This document shows, piece after piece, positions 39,880-53,141 of a DNA stretch of 64,000 nt (positions are counted from its first letter, which is position 1; every line of letters starts with the position of its first letter). Below the pieces are notes generated by a model, which was given only the letters and a program-made list of their open reading frames with translations, was not told the DNA's origin and did not search any database. This stretch comes from Paramecium tetraurelia (Eukaryota): the NCBI GenBank assembly GCA_000165425.1, contig CT868207.1:434001-498000 (forward strand), given 5' to 3'. Position numbers and translations under genes: made by a program.

Positions 39880-40711
39880 TCATTTCTGTGGTTATTACCA
39901 TTGATAGTTTTGATACTGTTGATATTAAGGGTACTGCTGATATTGTTGATAATCATAATATTGATATTGATAATAAGGATAGTATTATTGTTGATTTCTT
40001 TGTTATTGCATCTAATATTTGTATTGTCTCAATGCTTATTCTCTTTCATCAATGACTGTGAAATCATTGAGAATACTCTTTTTGTCTGCAAACTCCTCAA
40101 AGATTTTCATCATTTCTTTTCCTGTTTCCCAGTTCAAAAACACCCCATCTCTTGATCGAGTTACTTCTACATTATCACTATTAATGAATTCTAATTAATT
40201 ACCTATTTTTCAGATGCTCAAAATGCTTGTTAGGCACATCCTTTACATACAACCATTAGACGTTGAAATGGCCCTTCCATTTCTTGATTTCCCACCAATA
40301 CTGAAAACTTTCTTCCTTATAGCCTGAAGTCAATTTGGCAACTCCCACAAATTATCCACTTCTAACAACGCTGAAAAACAAGTAAACTGTTTTGCCTTAT
40401 TCCTGAGCTTCCAAGAATTTGGCATTGAGTTTCTCATTATTTTCTTTGCTTGATGTCCAGATGCCATATTTTATTGACTAAAAATAAATAGTTATTGAAT
40501 CCTTTACTTTATGGATATCGTCATCATTATTACTACGAAGTATGTAAGCATATGCCTCTGTATCTGCTAAATTTCTATTCGCTTGATTAATTTGTTTCAA
40601 AGCAGGGATTAATTTAGATGCCTATTCTAAATTAGTATAATCTTGGCATGATATGTATGGCACTTTTAAATCTCTCTTATTTCTGACATATGGTTCATAA
40701 TGATTATTCAT
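39880..40711 (-). CDS. YTH-domain protein (YTHDF-like m6A reader) with Q/Y-rich C-terminal tail
   Basis: YILRSNNDDDIHK/SIKYGIWTSS...VYLFFSVVRSGQFVGVAKL...YWWEIKKWKGHFNVQWLYVKDVPN...VTRSRDG; two introns; TGA at 39880-39882. Confidence 0.94.
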
Positions 40712-40829
40712 TAATTTTTAATCAAATTTAAATAATCAATTAACAAATAAATACACCTTTCCATTTTCATTAATATAGATTTGCTATAGTTTTAAAATTA
40801 TTTTTGATAATTAAATTATACAATATTTT

Positions 40830-42059
40830 ATGAGAAATTCCAAAAAAACCCTTCTCGTCGTTGGTGGTGGTTTTGCAGGCATGACCATAATTACTTAGAC
40901 CTATAAACAATTCAACATCGTCTTATTGGATCAAAAATCATATTTCGAAGTACTAATCCTATGTCATCTCAAGTTCGTCCCCTCAGTCTTCAATGCTTTC
41001 ATTCATCCAGAATCCATTTTCGATCTAACCCTACAATTCAAATAGAGCAAATTTGGAGTCATCTTCATACAAGGCAGATTAGTATTCTATCAATAATAAC
41101 TCTAGACTCACATTGAAGAGAATATAGCATATTATGAAGGAGGCAAAATAGAATTTGATTATTGTGCCATCACTATTGGTTCCAACTACACATATCCTAT
41201 TAAGTCTGCGATACCTAAACTATCAGATAGATTTATTGAACTTAAGAAAACTCAATAAAAGATCATCGATTCCTAAACTATTCTTATAATTGGCGGAGGT
41301 ACTGTGGGAGTAGAATTGGCTTGTGAAATCAAAGCATCTTATAAACAGAAGACAGTGGCTCTAATTACAAGAGGGAAAATATTGTCGACCATGCCTAAAT
41401 CTGCTTCTGATTATACTAAAAAAAGAATGTTGGATCTAGGAGTTGAAATTTAAGAGAATTACAAAGGACCTTCCTTAGATTCGAATTTTGATTTAGTTTA
41501 TAATTGCAAAGGTAATACTTATGACAGTGTTCGTCTTAATGACAATTTTGAAATGTTTGATCCAAAAAAACAAATTTTAGTAGATGATTTCTAAAGAACT
41601 AGAACAAATTAAAACGTATATTGTGCTGGCGACATTTGCATAACGAGCCAAAATGAAACCAAAACAGCCTTTTCTGCTGAAATGTAAGGAGAAATTATCG
41701 CCTATAATTTGAAGCATCCAAATAAACAAATTAAATCATATTGGATACCCAATACCTATATTATATCTTTGGGTGGATGGAAAGCAGTCTTTGTATTTGA
41801 ATCTTTTAGTTTTGGTGGCTTTCTACCTTACCTTATGAAACTCTTCATTGAAGTTGTTGTAGTCAATGATTTCAGAGGAATCATTGGATTTAATACTCTT
41901 CATTAAATCATGAACTATTTTGTCTATGTGATGCTCTATATCTATATGATTTTGTAATTGTTGTTTGCTATTGCTCCCTTGGGAAGTAAAATTAAGTAGG
42001 ACCAAAGAGTTGAACTTAAAAGAATTTAATAAGAAATTGAAGAATTCAAAAAACAATGA
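40830..42059 (+). CDS. FAD/NAD(P)H-dependent oxidoreductase, AIFM2/FSP1 (AMID)-like, with C-terminal hydrophobic helix
   Basis: LLVVGGGFAG, FDYCAITIGS, ILIIGGGTVGVELACEI and NVYCAGDI; two short introns; TGA at 42057-42059. Confidence 0.9.
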
Positions 42060-42117
42060 TTATATATTTCTGTTTCTTTTAGATACATTATTAACATTAA
42101 TGTAATGTATAATTAAA

Positions 42118-43165
42118 TCAATAACTATTTGCAATTGACTATAAAGTGTTTAGCATATGTTCATATTAAGATTTAAGATCTCGAGAATTTAATAAAAATT
42201 ATTCACTATTGAGTTTCAGCTCTTCATATTTTCTTTCTAATTGTCTATATTTATCATCCTCTGATTATAATTATTCTTATTAAGATTTGATTATTTGTTC
42301 GTATCTAAATTACTAAATTTTATTCATACTTGTTCAGTATACTTGTGTTTGTCGAGTAAATTTAACTATTAATATTCTTTTGTTAATCTAATTCAGATGT
42401 TTGCAATTCCTTCTCTTGCTCATATTATTTTAATTTATATAATAGTTGTTAATTTAATTCTTAAAGTCTTTGAGTGTATTTTTTATTTTCTTTTAAACAA
42501 GCTTCACATTCTTGGTATTTCTTCTCCCATTCTTTACATTATTTCTTTATTTCTTAAAAGCTTTCATTGTTAAACTCACTTTTTACTGGGGTAGATGTAC
42601 AATTCTATTGTTTTGATAATAATTCAATTTGCTTTTACTTCTTTGCCAAATCAATTTAAAGAGTCTAAATTATTATGTTTTTTTCTTTGATTTCCTTTTC
42701 CATAGACTTTAAGGCTTCTCTAGTACCTGACAATCGCATTTCCAATGATTTTATTTATTTTGTTGTATTTTCAATATTTTTTTGTGAATTCCTATGACTC
42801 TAAATGTCAGCTATACTGCTACTTCGTTTCTCCATGTAATTATTAATGGAGTCCTATAAATTATCAATTATTGATTCCTAATGATTTTCAAATTTATAAG
42901 GACCTGGTTTGTATGGAGATTCCAACAATCGACGAGGTTCAATTCGATTTGGTTATTCCTCCTCTGTTTCCTCATCAATTTTACTCAGTATTCCTTTTTC
43001 ATTTCTAAAATTTGGATTTACATTTTCATTATCATTCTCATTATCCTCTTTTGATCGTTTTTAACTAAATGAAAATCTTACTGCCTCCTGCCTTAACAAT
43101 TATTATAATTCTTGTTCCAGAATCTTATTCTCTTCTTCTATCTATTTCAAAAAAGCAGAATTCAT
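42118..43165 (-). CDS. Coiled-coil protein
   Basis: MNSAFLKQIEEENKILEQEL...; E/K/Q-rich; TGA at 42118-42120; internal intron positions not fully resolved. Confidence 0.68.
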
Positions 43166-43402
43166 TTAATTTTTAAATTTATAATACATATTTCAAGACT
43201 CATTCATAATTCATGCTTCACACATCAAAAAATGAAATCCCTGTTTATTGATGATACACAGAAGGTAATCATTTTAATAGAATATAGATACTATAGATAA
43301 TTAATACTTCTGATATTTTCTACTTATTTTTATGAGAAGTAGCAGTTTAGAATAGATTAACTATTAATTAATAAATTGTCAATAATGCAATATAAAATGA
43401 TA

Positions 43403-44111
43403 TCATGAAATAACTTATTTTTTAGGCAATTTGAATATAAATGGTTGATTGACAAATTTATAACTTTTAGTTAATAGACAACAGTTCATAAAAGTAACTC
43501 CATCTTACTCTGTTTATCCATATGCTTCATGAATATGACCAAAAAGATGGTATTTAGGTTTAATTTATAAATACTCTTTTTAACAATGCTTCATCTCCTA
43601 CATTCTTTAGTTATCCTTAAATATTAGCCTGATCGCCATGATTCAAAGGAGGGCCATGGGTAACAATAATATCACTATCTTCTTCGATTTAAGACCAAAA
43701 CACTTCAGCATCTTCACTCTTCAATTAAAAGGCCCAAGTATGAAACTCTAATGAATAAGGACTACCCCAAATCTTAATGCCCTCAATTACAACTGAAGAA
43801 TTTAATAGATATATGCAATTATCTTTTAGTGTCTATCGCAATTCTTCATCATTAAAATTCAAGCCTTTATGATGATATTCTTTTAGTTTTGATTGATAGG
43901 ATTCTTTATCCAATGATAGATCGTGATTACCAGCAATAACAATTTTATATTTAAATGGCTATTTAATCAACCATTAAATAAAAGCTAGAATTTCTTCTTT
44001 TGAACCTTTTTTAGTAAAGTCTCCACAGTGTATTAAGACATCTCCTGGAGGTAGTGGAACATTCTAACAATGAGTATCACTGATACAAACAAATGTTAAG
44101 TCATTCTCCAT
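43403..44111 (-). CDS. Calcineurin-like metallophosphoesterase (MPPED-like) carrying a +1 frameshift
   Basis: CISDTH, LIHCGDFT, VIAGNHD, VTHGPP, HLFGHIHE. Span is 709 nt (3n+1), with an extra base at ~43569-43571. Confidence 0.88.
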
Positions 44112-44643
44112 TTAAAAGAATTGAATTTTTTAATTATATATTACCAAGTAATATTGATATTACAAGTTGAGGATTTATTAAATTGAAAAATAAAATCTCT
44201 GATGAATTATATTCAATTTTATATAGGTTATCTGATAGATGCAATTGTCCAAATATTTAAGATTTACAATTTTATTCAATGGTTCCTTATCTCATACGCA
44301 GTTAAATCAAATAAAGCATGATTAAGATTACCTAATTTATAAAAATCAAAATAATTTATGTATTATTCGTTAAAAGGGATTAAATCAACTTTATTTACTT
44401 AATGCTTAATTTAATTGGATAAATAAGTTATGTTAATTAAGTATTAAATATCGTTTTACTAACTGCAATCAAATGTTAAGGATAATCTAATTAAGATATA
44501 AAAATGAGGGCCTTTTTCTTTATATTTAACAAATTTGTATTAATAATATCTTCAGATGATCATTTTAATCTTATTATATGTATTGTAATGTAAATGGATT
44601 GTAATTTAATAAAAATATTAATTAAAACGAATATCCAATATAA

Positions 44644-45189
44644 ATGGAAAGAAGAGAAGATGATGTACAATACTTTAAGGTTGATAAATCAAATGGTTAA
44701 CAAGACAAAATTATTTTAACTCTATTTTCAATATTCATGAATGCTTTAATTGGAAGTCTATTCTTTTATTTTTCAACTCATGAAAATAAGTATGGTACTT
44801 GAATTTAGTATTCAAAGGTGGTGATTAATGCAAATATTTAAGACCATGTGCATTTTGGTTTTCAATTTATTGTTTTTTTAGTCTATTTGCTTGGATGTAA
44901 AATGAAAAATAATAATTTAATTTATATTTAGAGTACTAAATCCATATGCAATTTATTATAAACACGATCAAATTTTTGATTATGCAAACATCGTTGAGGG
45001 ATCCATTAAACTAGTTTTCTTCATCGTATTTTGTGTAAAAATACGAATATTAATTAGATTTCATTCATAATTTCAAGTCATTGTGGGTAACTAGCAGTGT
45101 TAACAGCAACATACATTATTTTCAATGTAGTTGTGTTCCTGATATTATGTGGATTGACATATTTCATTAAACCTAAAATAGAAGAATGA
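44644..45189 (+). CDS. Small multi-pass membrane protein
   Basis: MERREDD..., hydrophobic segments (IILTLFSIFMNALIGSLFFYF; LAVLTATYIIFNVVVFLILCGLTYF), several short introns; TGA at 45187-45189. Confidence 0.6.
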
Positions 45190-45215
45190 ATTTGATAGTT
45201 AATTATATTTAATTT

Positions 45216-46660
45216 ATGCAATAATAATCAATATCAGATTTCGATAATCTTGAACAAGAACATTAGTTGATCGATTAAGTTAATCAGAAGTCAAAATCAG
45301 CAAAGTTTAAATAGTATAAATAGGGATAATATTATGGAGACATTCAAAACAATGTTCGACACGGATATGGTATATAGTTTAACTATTTATTATATTTTTA
45401 GGACTAATGACTTATCAGGATAGGTATTACATTGGGTTTTGGAATAATGATAGAAAGCATGGGTTCGGTAAGGAGGTATTAGACAAAGGGGATTAATATG
45501 AAGGTTAGTTTGAAGATGGAAAACCTCATGGTGAAGGTACCTTGGAAACTGCAAATGGGGTTTATTCAGGTTAGTGGGTCTAGGGAATTAAATAGGGTTA
45601 TGGGAGATGGAGAGGGAAAAACAAAGAGATTTATGCAGGAGAATGGAAATTCAATAAGGCAAACGGATATGGAAGATATGATTATTAAGATGGAGGGTGG
45701 TATGAAGGTGAGTTCAAGAATTATCTTAAATATGGTAAAGGAAAAGAAAGTTATGCCAATGGAGATTTTTATGATGGGGAATTTATTAATGATAAACCTG
45801 ATGGATTTGGAGTATATAGATGGGCTGATGGTTCTTCTTATCATGGTACATTTTGTAGTGGAGTCAGACATGGTAAAGGCTATTGGTTAAAGAATGGAGA
45901 TCCTCAGAATCACGAGAGTTATGATGGGGAATATGTTAACGATTTGAAATCAGGACATGGTGTATATAGATGGCCAAGTGGAAATGTGTATGAGGGGGAA
46001 TTCTTCAATGATCATAGACATGGATTAGGAGAAATGAGATGGGTGGATGGCTCCTTTTATAAAGGTTAATTTCACAATGGATAAATGTGTGGCCAGGGGG
46101 AATTGAAAAGAAACAATAAACCAATTATTTATGGTTACTTTGAAAACAACAAACTAGTTAGAGAATAAAAAAAGAAGTAAATTCCTAAAACCATGAATCA
46201 GAGTTAAAACAATAGTTATGATGGCAAAAGGAATTATTTTTCGCTTCATCAATCTTTTAATCAATTTTAGAATGCCTAACAAATTCAAAAATTTCATTTT
46301 AAATCTGAATCCATTGAACCCATTATTAGATAATTCAAAAGGGATTGCAATACTTCTATTGATGACATGCATAAGAGTGAAAATCAAGCCAATTAAAATA
46401 GTTTTAAAATTTCAATTGATTTAGATGATTCTTAAGGAATGAATAATTAACCCAAATTCAAATCATTAAATACTACAAGTCGTGCTTTTTAAAATCAACA
46501 GGAGAGTTTATTATCAGTTACAAATAGAACCTAAGCAACAAAGAAAGTTATCATTGATAGTGTTAAATTTAAGAGAAATTAAATCTCTTTTCGACTCTAA
46601 TCATTAAACCAATCTACTAGATAAACACAAAATTCTCTACCAAAATAAGGAGCGAACTGA
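45216..46660 (+). CDS. MORN-repeat protein
   Basis: Repeated YxGxF/W..GxG units (YYGDIQNNVRHGYG, YEGQFEDGKPHGEG, YEGEFFNDHRHGLG); one intron; TGA at 46658-46660. Confidence 0.93.
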
Positions 46661-48071
46661 TTTGTAATATATATATTTTTCTAATCATTTTTTCCATAGT
46701 TATGAAATGAATTGAAAATAGACTTCACTAAATGTTAAGAATTAAAATTCAATTTTATTTAGGAATTATTTCGAGATCATATTGAAACTCCATTCTTACT
46801 AACTTAAATTCAAATTTAAAAGGAAAAAGGAGGGGAATATTCGAAGAAGATAATTTAATGATAGTAATTTTCAACCATCTCTCCTTTAAACAGATAAACC
46901 ATTCCTTGATTAAGTTGCACGAATTTCTTAAATGTCTAATGTAAAATTTTTCTTTTTATAAACATTTTTTAAATCTCCTTTAAACTTCCCTTTTTACGCT
47001 TGCATAACGTTTTGTAGTTTAATTCATAAACACATTCAGATCCTATAGGCAAAAAAGTTCATAAAATATGTTATTTTATAAACTCAAATGTTGTTTAAAT
47101 ATATTCTTTTTAAATAACCATTCTATTAAGGTCTTATTAGATGTGAGTTCACAAATTTATATAATAATACTCGATGGATAAATAACATAAGTCAAAATTT
47201 TTAATCTGAATCGTCAAAACCCTTGAATTTTGATCTTTAGTGTTCAATTATTCTAGTGGCCAAAACCTTCTTGTAATTTAAAAGCATAGTTGGGCTTTCT
47301 TGGAATGGAATAGACTCAATTATCCTTTTTTTATCCATTTATGTCACTAGCACGGTCTATGCATCAAAATTCATTGGATTATTAAATAATTATTTTCAAT
47401 CAACTTAGATATACACTTAATTAACGCGAATAAACCTACGCGAATATAATTATTCCAATTAATTTAAAATCTTAATAAATCAATTTGAAAAATTAAATTC
47501 TTATAATAAGGTATAATCTAGACCTAAAATGAGATTATGTAAGTTTGATTCATTAAATAGGATGGAAACCTAACATATCTTCATAATAAATTCATAAGTT
47601 TTTTCATTTTTGTTGGTAAGAATATAAATTATTTGAGAAGAATTAATTGAGATCTAGAATTAATTTTTAAGTCATTTGAATTATTGTATTAAGAATTACG
47701 TAAACCTAATTTTAGACAATAATTTTTAAAACAAATATATATTTTATATATCTATAAAATAAAATAAATAATTCTCAAAAACATAATTAAGGATATTAGA
47801 AATGAAATTAATTTTCTCGGAGTATTTAAAAGTTCAAATTCAAAATAATAAGAGAGATCATTAATTATATATTATTAATGCATTCCCCAGCCATATTGGA
47901 GGATGCAATAGTATATAATCAAAACTTAATTAAAGTGGAACAATTTCATCGGTTAATGTTGACTTTAATTTCAATCTATTGGCTTCTCAAATGATTCAAT
48001 ATTTCTATTCCTTCAAATTTTTGATATTTATTTAATTATTTTATTTTATTGAAATAAAATTATATTTAACG

Positions 48072-49315
48072 ATGAGTTCAACACTTAGAGCTGACTAGAT
48101 TATTTACTTTGGAACTTCAAATACTCCATAAATTCAATGTAGATTTCATGAGGACTATTATATTCAAAACTTTTGCAAGAAACAGTATAAAAATATATAT
48201 TAATTTAGAGAATGCAGTTTACCTTTGTGTCCTGAATGTATTAAAATTCATTCTGAAGAACATGAACAAGAAAGAGTAACGAGTGATATTGATTTGTTCT
48301 CTAATTGCCTCACTGAATAATATAATAAATCATTAGAATATCTTAACCTTTGGGCAGCCGATGTCTAAGAATCCAGCAATTTATCAGAAGAGGTTTAAAA
48401 AGCATAAGAAGTATGGCATCAATGTTATAAATTAATAGTTCTAAATCTAAAAGTATCAAGAAGCAAAGAAACAATTTTATAAGATTGTAGATGATTACTT
48501 TAAGATGCTTGAATAGTAAATAATCAATGAAACTTAAAAATCGACTCAGGATTTAATTAAATTGGTAAGATCAAGACATAGAATCGAGTATTTGGAATGG
48601 AAAAATTAACATGAAAATTTAATAAAACTCAATTCAGAAAAGGTATTGGATATCTTAATTGTAGTGTTTGCCTTTTTTAATCAAAATATATTCAGATCCA
48701 AAATAAACCCCTTAAGCAATTTATTAGAGGAATCATTAGGAACATGTTGAATAATTAAACAAATTAAAATTAAACATTAGACAAGTGGTTGTTAATGATA
48801 ATCTAAATTAAATCCTTGCCTTGTTGAAACAGTATATTTATTTAACCCAAGCTGTATAAGATTCATAAATTCAACAAATACAAATTACAAACACTGTTCA
48901 ACCTATTGTATAAGTTTAACCAATAGTATAAACTCAACCTATAGTGCAAACGTAACCAATTGTGAATTAAGCAATAAATTAAAACAAATACCAATCAAGA
49001 GTTTTATAACCTTTTAGTGCCATTAGAGAGTACACACCTTTATAACCAGTTTTATATCAATAACCTCCAATAATTCCCATTGACCCTCTCTAAATTTATC
49101 CATAGCAGTTTTATCATCCAAACCCAGTTTTATAAGAACCAATGCCAATGAATTGGCCAATTGTGCCTCTGTAGTAATCGACTCCCCCTTAAATCATAAG
49201 ATCCCCCTAAAAGCTTGTATCTTCAGTTGCAGAAGCAGGGATTTTGAATGGACAATAGAGAGAGACGATGGCATAACGATATTATGATACGATGTTAAAA
49301 AATGAAATAAAATGA
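48072..49315 (+). CDS. B-box-type zinc-finger protein with coiled coil and Q/P-rich tail
   Basis: CRFHEDYYIQNFC..ECSLPLCPECIKIH; Q/P-rich C-terminus (VQVQPIVQTQPIVQTQP); TGA at 49313-49315. Confidence 0.78.
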
Positions 49316-49343
49316 TTTATAATATTAATTATTATTATTTACA

Positions 49344-51105
49344 TCATATCACATGATCTCTCTACTATTCATATTTATTGGAGAGAGTGATAGACAGGGA
49401 GTATTTGAGTTAATTCCTGTAGAAAAAGTGTGTTTATGTTTACTTTAACGATCCGAAATGACAGACTAATAATTAGTGATTGTTCTAGCTGTTAGAGGAG
49501 GAGTGTTCAAAATCATTTGTCTTCTTTTCTTCTTACACAATTTATAAAGATATTGCTATTTAAATGATGTCATTGCTATGTTATTTGGATGATCATATTT
49601 TGGTGTAAATCCAAGTTTTGGACTTTAATATAAATCAGTTCCAAACAAAGCTGATCCAGCATCTTTTTCTGGATCACTTTGATACTTTAATTTATAAATA
49701 AAGTTTTTTTCTTCAACTATTGTACCAATATCCATTTTATCTTCTCTTTCTTTGCTTCTAATTTTTTTTGGGTTGTATTTAACTTCAATATATTATTTAA
49801 CAGCTGTAAATTTAGGTTGATTGATTTTATTCACACTGATCATATTCGAGGTTTAAAAAATAGTTCTAAATTTAGTTTTCCTTACGTATTCTTATTGAAC
49901 CCACAATTTGCATTCTTCAGGGAATTTTAATAAAAATTCTTGTTTATGGATGACCATCAAAGTAGCCTCATTAGATAAGACTGTGGCATTATATTCACAA
50001 CAACCATCATCATTCATTGCTATTTCTTCTCCCAATAACTATCCCTTTGCTGCTCATATTATATATAATTGACTTAGAATGCATATCTTAGCCAATTAAT
50101 CATTTATTACTTTTTCTAATAAGATATCTCCAAATTGAATCAAGTAGAAACATTTCTTATATTGTCCATCTATAGTTAATACACAATTCTTCTAAAATTA
50201 TTCCACATCAAAACTATAAGCTAATTGTTCTAATTATTTTGATGAATAATCTCCTTAAACAGGAAACTTACCGAAAATTAAACTTTTCTTCTCCTTCATC
50301 TATTATATAAACTATTATCTAATTAAATCGAAGTCGTCTTTTTTTAAAATTAATAAGAACAAGTCTTCAGTCTATGCACATGCAGTCAATGCTCTTGGAA
50401 CATTCTCAAGTAAGGCTCTATCTCCAAAGCCATCCCCTCTTTTTAGTATTCTGACAGTTTCACCATATTTGTCACTCATCACTTGCATTTCTTGTTGTGA
50501 TATCTAGACTTTCTCATTTGTTTAACCTTACACTATGTTAGCCTTCATTTTGTCAGCAAACTTTTTTGAAACGGCAATTTACTTAAAGAAGTTAGTTCCT
50601 GAGGTTAAGGTTGTGATTTTGCTTAGGGTTTTACTAATGTAAAATTCATAATTCCAATAAATTACTCTGTTTTCAAGGGAACGGGTTTGATGAAAAAACT
50701 TTATTGTTGTTGCAATTACTTTTGATTTTCAGGAGGTTTTTAAGGGATTTGTTCTGGGGTCTGTTATTGTTATGGCCTTTACTTAATTAGAGCCACTTTA
50801 CCATTAAATATTATATATAACTTATCGTTTGACTTATCTCCTTCTTTGAAGATGACATCGCCTCCTTTAAAGTGCTCCATTTTGAATTTACCACATAACT
50901 AAGATTTCAAGGAATTATACATATAACAGACTCTCCCTTTGGGTTCCTTTTAGGTTTTTCTCAATGAAGGCATTAAAATATTATAATTGTTGTAATTTGG
51001 AATAGATCACTTAAAGATTGTCCATTGTCGGATTCAAATGGTTATTCAATAACTTTTGGAGGTTGAGATTCTAAAATTATTCTTCTCTATTTATACCTCA
51101 TTCAT
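49344..51105 (-). CDS. Cyclic-nucleotide-binding domain protein (tandem cNMP domains)
   Basis: EHFKGGDVIFKEGDKSNDKLYIIFNGKV and GDGFGDRALLENVPRALT; second domain CFYLIQFGDI...GEEIAM; TGA at 49344-49346. Confidence 0.88.
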
Positions 51106-51132
51106 AATGATTTAATTATTTTTAATTATAAA

Positions 51133-53067
51133 ATGTTGGACTCTGTATCAACTTAATTGAAAACTGAAACAGATTCTGTAAAGGACAACCCTCCAAGCAA
51201 GTTTAAGCAAAACTTCATGCAAAATAATTAAAGATTTTTAAATACTAAAAAGTTAACATACTCCAACAAAAAAATAGCGATTTCCAATTAGAAAGATGCT
51301 TGGAAATAAATGTTTGGCAATTTTTTACACGATATTAATCTTAAATAGAAGAAGGATCATACCTCTAAGGAAGCCAAAGAGGTAATTATTGCTAATCTTA
51401 AGTTTAGCATCTTTAAGATCCTCTTGTGAACGAAGTGCCAATATTCCTCCCATGTTCAAATAAGCAGTTTAAACTCTAGTTCTATAAGTATTTAGAAGGG
51501 GAACAATCGATTAATGAATTATTGAAGGCCATAAGATTTCCACGCTTAGAAGCAGTAAGTAATATTTTTATTTTGTTAGATATAATTGGATGATTAAAAA
51601 AAATAAAGAAGAAAACTATCCATTGTTTAAAAAATTAAGAAAATGAAAGCAAATGAGTTGTCTAAAACAACTGATAAGGCCCCATAATTAGACGTTGGAG
51701 GTTCAACAAAACAATTGAAAGCCCAACAATTAAGATTGATTGATCAGCGAAGATTTACAGAGGCTGGGAAATTGATGGAATTATATCAAATTAAAATTAA
51801 TAATAAGGTTCAAGTTTTAAGGGATTTTATTTAGTAAAGAGTATTATTTATTTATTATTACAGATTAAATTGAGACAATAATTAAATAAAGAATAAAGGG
51901 AAGAGGAAATTAGAAATATTCATTTCATTAAGACATTTTTTGATATCACTAATGATTACAATTAACATATCTTGGATCAATAAGAAGAATTGCAGGATGA
52001 TGCTTAATATTATAAAAAATTAGTACCATGCCAAAAGAAATTAAAGTAACTGTTGGTCAATTACGATAATGTACAACCAATCATCAGACATTAAGAAAAG
52101 CATTTTGATAGATTTGATTATCCTTCCTTAGGCATGTTAAAAAATTAAATGAATTAATACTCCAAAGATTATTTAGTTGAACTAGAATAGCAGAAACAAA
52201 TTCAATTTAAAACTGCATTAAATTAGGTTCGGAAACTATTAGAATAGCAGAATATTAAATTTTAATCAGAATTGAGAAAATCTAAAATTAAAAGTAATCA
52301 AAATTCAAAATCCCAATCTCCTCTAAATCTACATAATTAAGATAGTTAAAATCTTATAAATTCATTAAGTGATTGTCCACTTGATGTTATTGTTACAAGT
52401 CCAAAAAGGAATATTAATTCATATAAATCCTACTCTTAATTGAAAAGTTCTATTGCAGATCCAATAAAGAGGAAGGATTACGTTATTACAAAAAAACCTT
52501 TTTATCTTTTTACTAAGTAAGCAGATGGAGATAAAAATTCAAAAAATACCAAGGGATTAATTACAAATTTCGATGTTAAATTATACGACTACATCCACAA
52601 TCGGAATATTTACACATTAAACAAACAGTACTAAATTTATTGATTCTAGAGTTTAATAAAACACTTAAAAATTTCACACCTTAATAGAAAGTTAATAGGA
52701 GTAATAGTTAAATGAACAACTTGATACTTAACTTAATCAATTAAGAAAAAAAAGACTAAAATTACGTTAGCATGGGTCATTAGAGGCTTAGAGAAGAATA
52801 AAAACTGAAAAATAACAGGATGAAATTTCGGATGATCAATCACTATAATCAATTTATGAAGTCAATTTGGATGTGTATTATGATCAATCAAATTAATTGA
52901 GTAAGAAACTAAGAGAAAAGGGCGATATTGGATTTGCAAAAAGAATCAAGTAACTCATTAGGTTAGAGGAAGTCAATACGTATTAATAATTTGATTATGC
53001 ATTTAGATAATGCTTAAGAACTAATATACAAAAATTGAATAAGTCCTAAAGTTCTCTCAACAAATGA
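51133..53067 (+). CDS. Hypothetical protein
   Basis: MLDSVSTQLKTETDSV...; multi-exon open frame; TGA at 53065-53067; no recognised domain. Confidence 0.65.
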
Positions 53068-53141
53068 ATACATTTAATATCTCCATTTATTTAATTGTAA
53101 GTTAGCTAAATAATATAAATTTTTAAATTATTTATATACCT

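Noticed and set aside
31143..42059. ADCK2-like kinase and FSP1-like reductase as a coenzyme Q module
   Set aside because: Five unrelated genes lie between them; chance proximity is sufficient.
19767..43575. Frame shifts interpreted as programmed ribosomal frameshifting
   Set aside because: Euplotes-type +1 shifting depends on TAA/TAG being stops, which they are not here, and the sites share no common slippery motif; indel error or decay is simpler.
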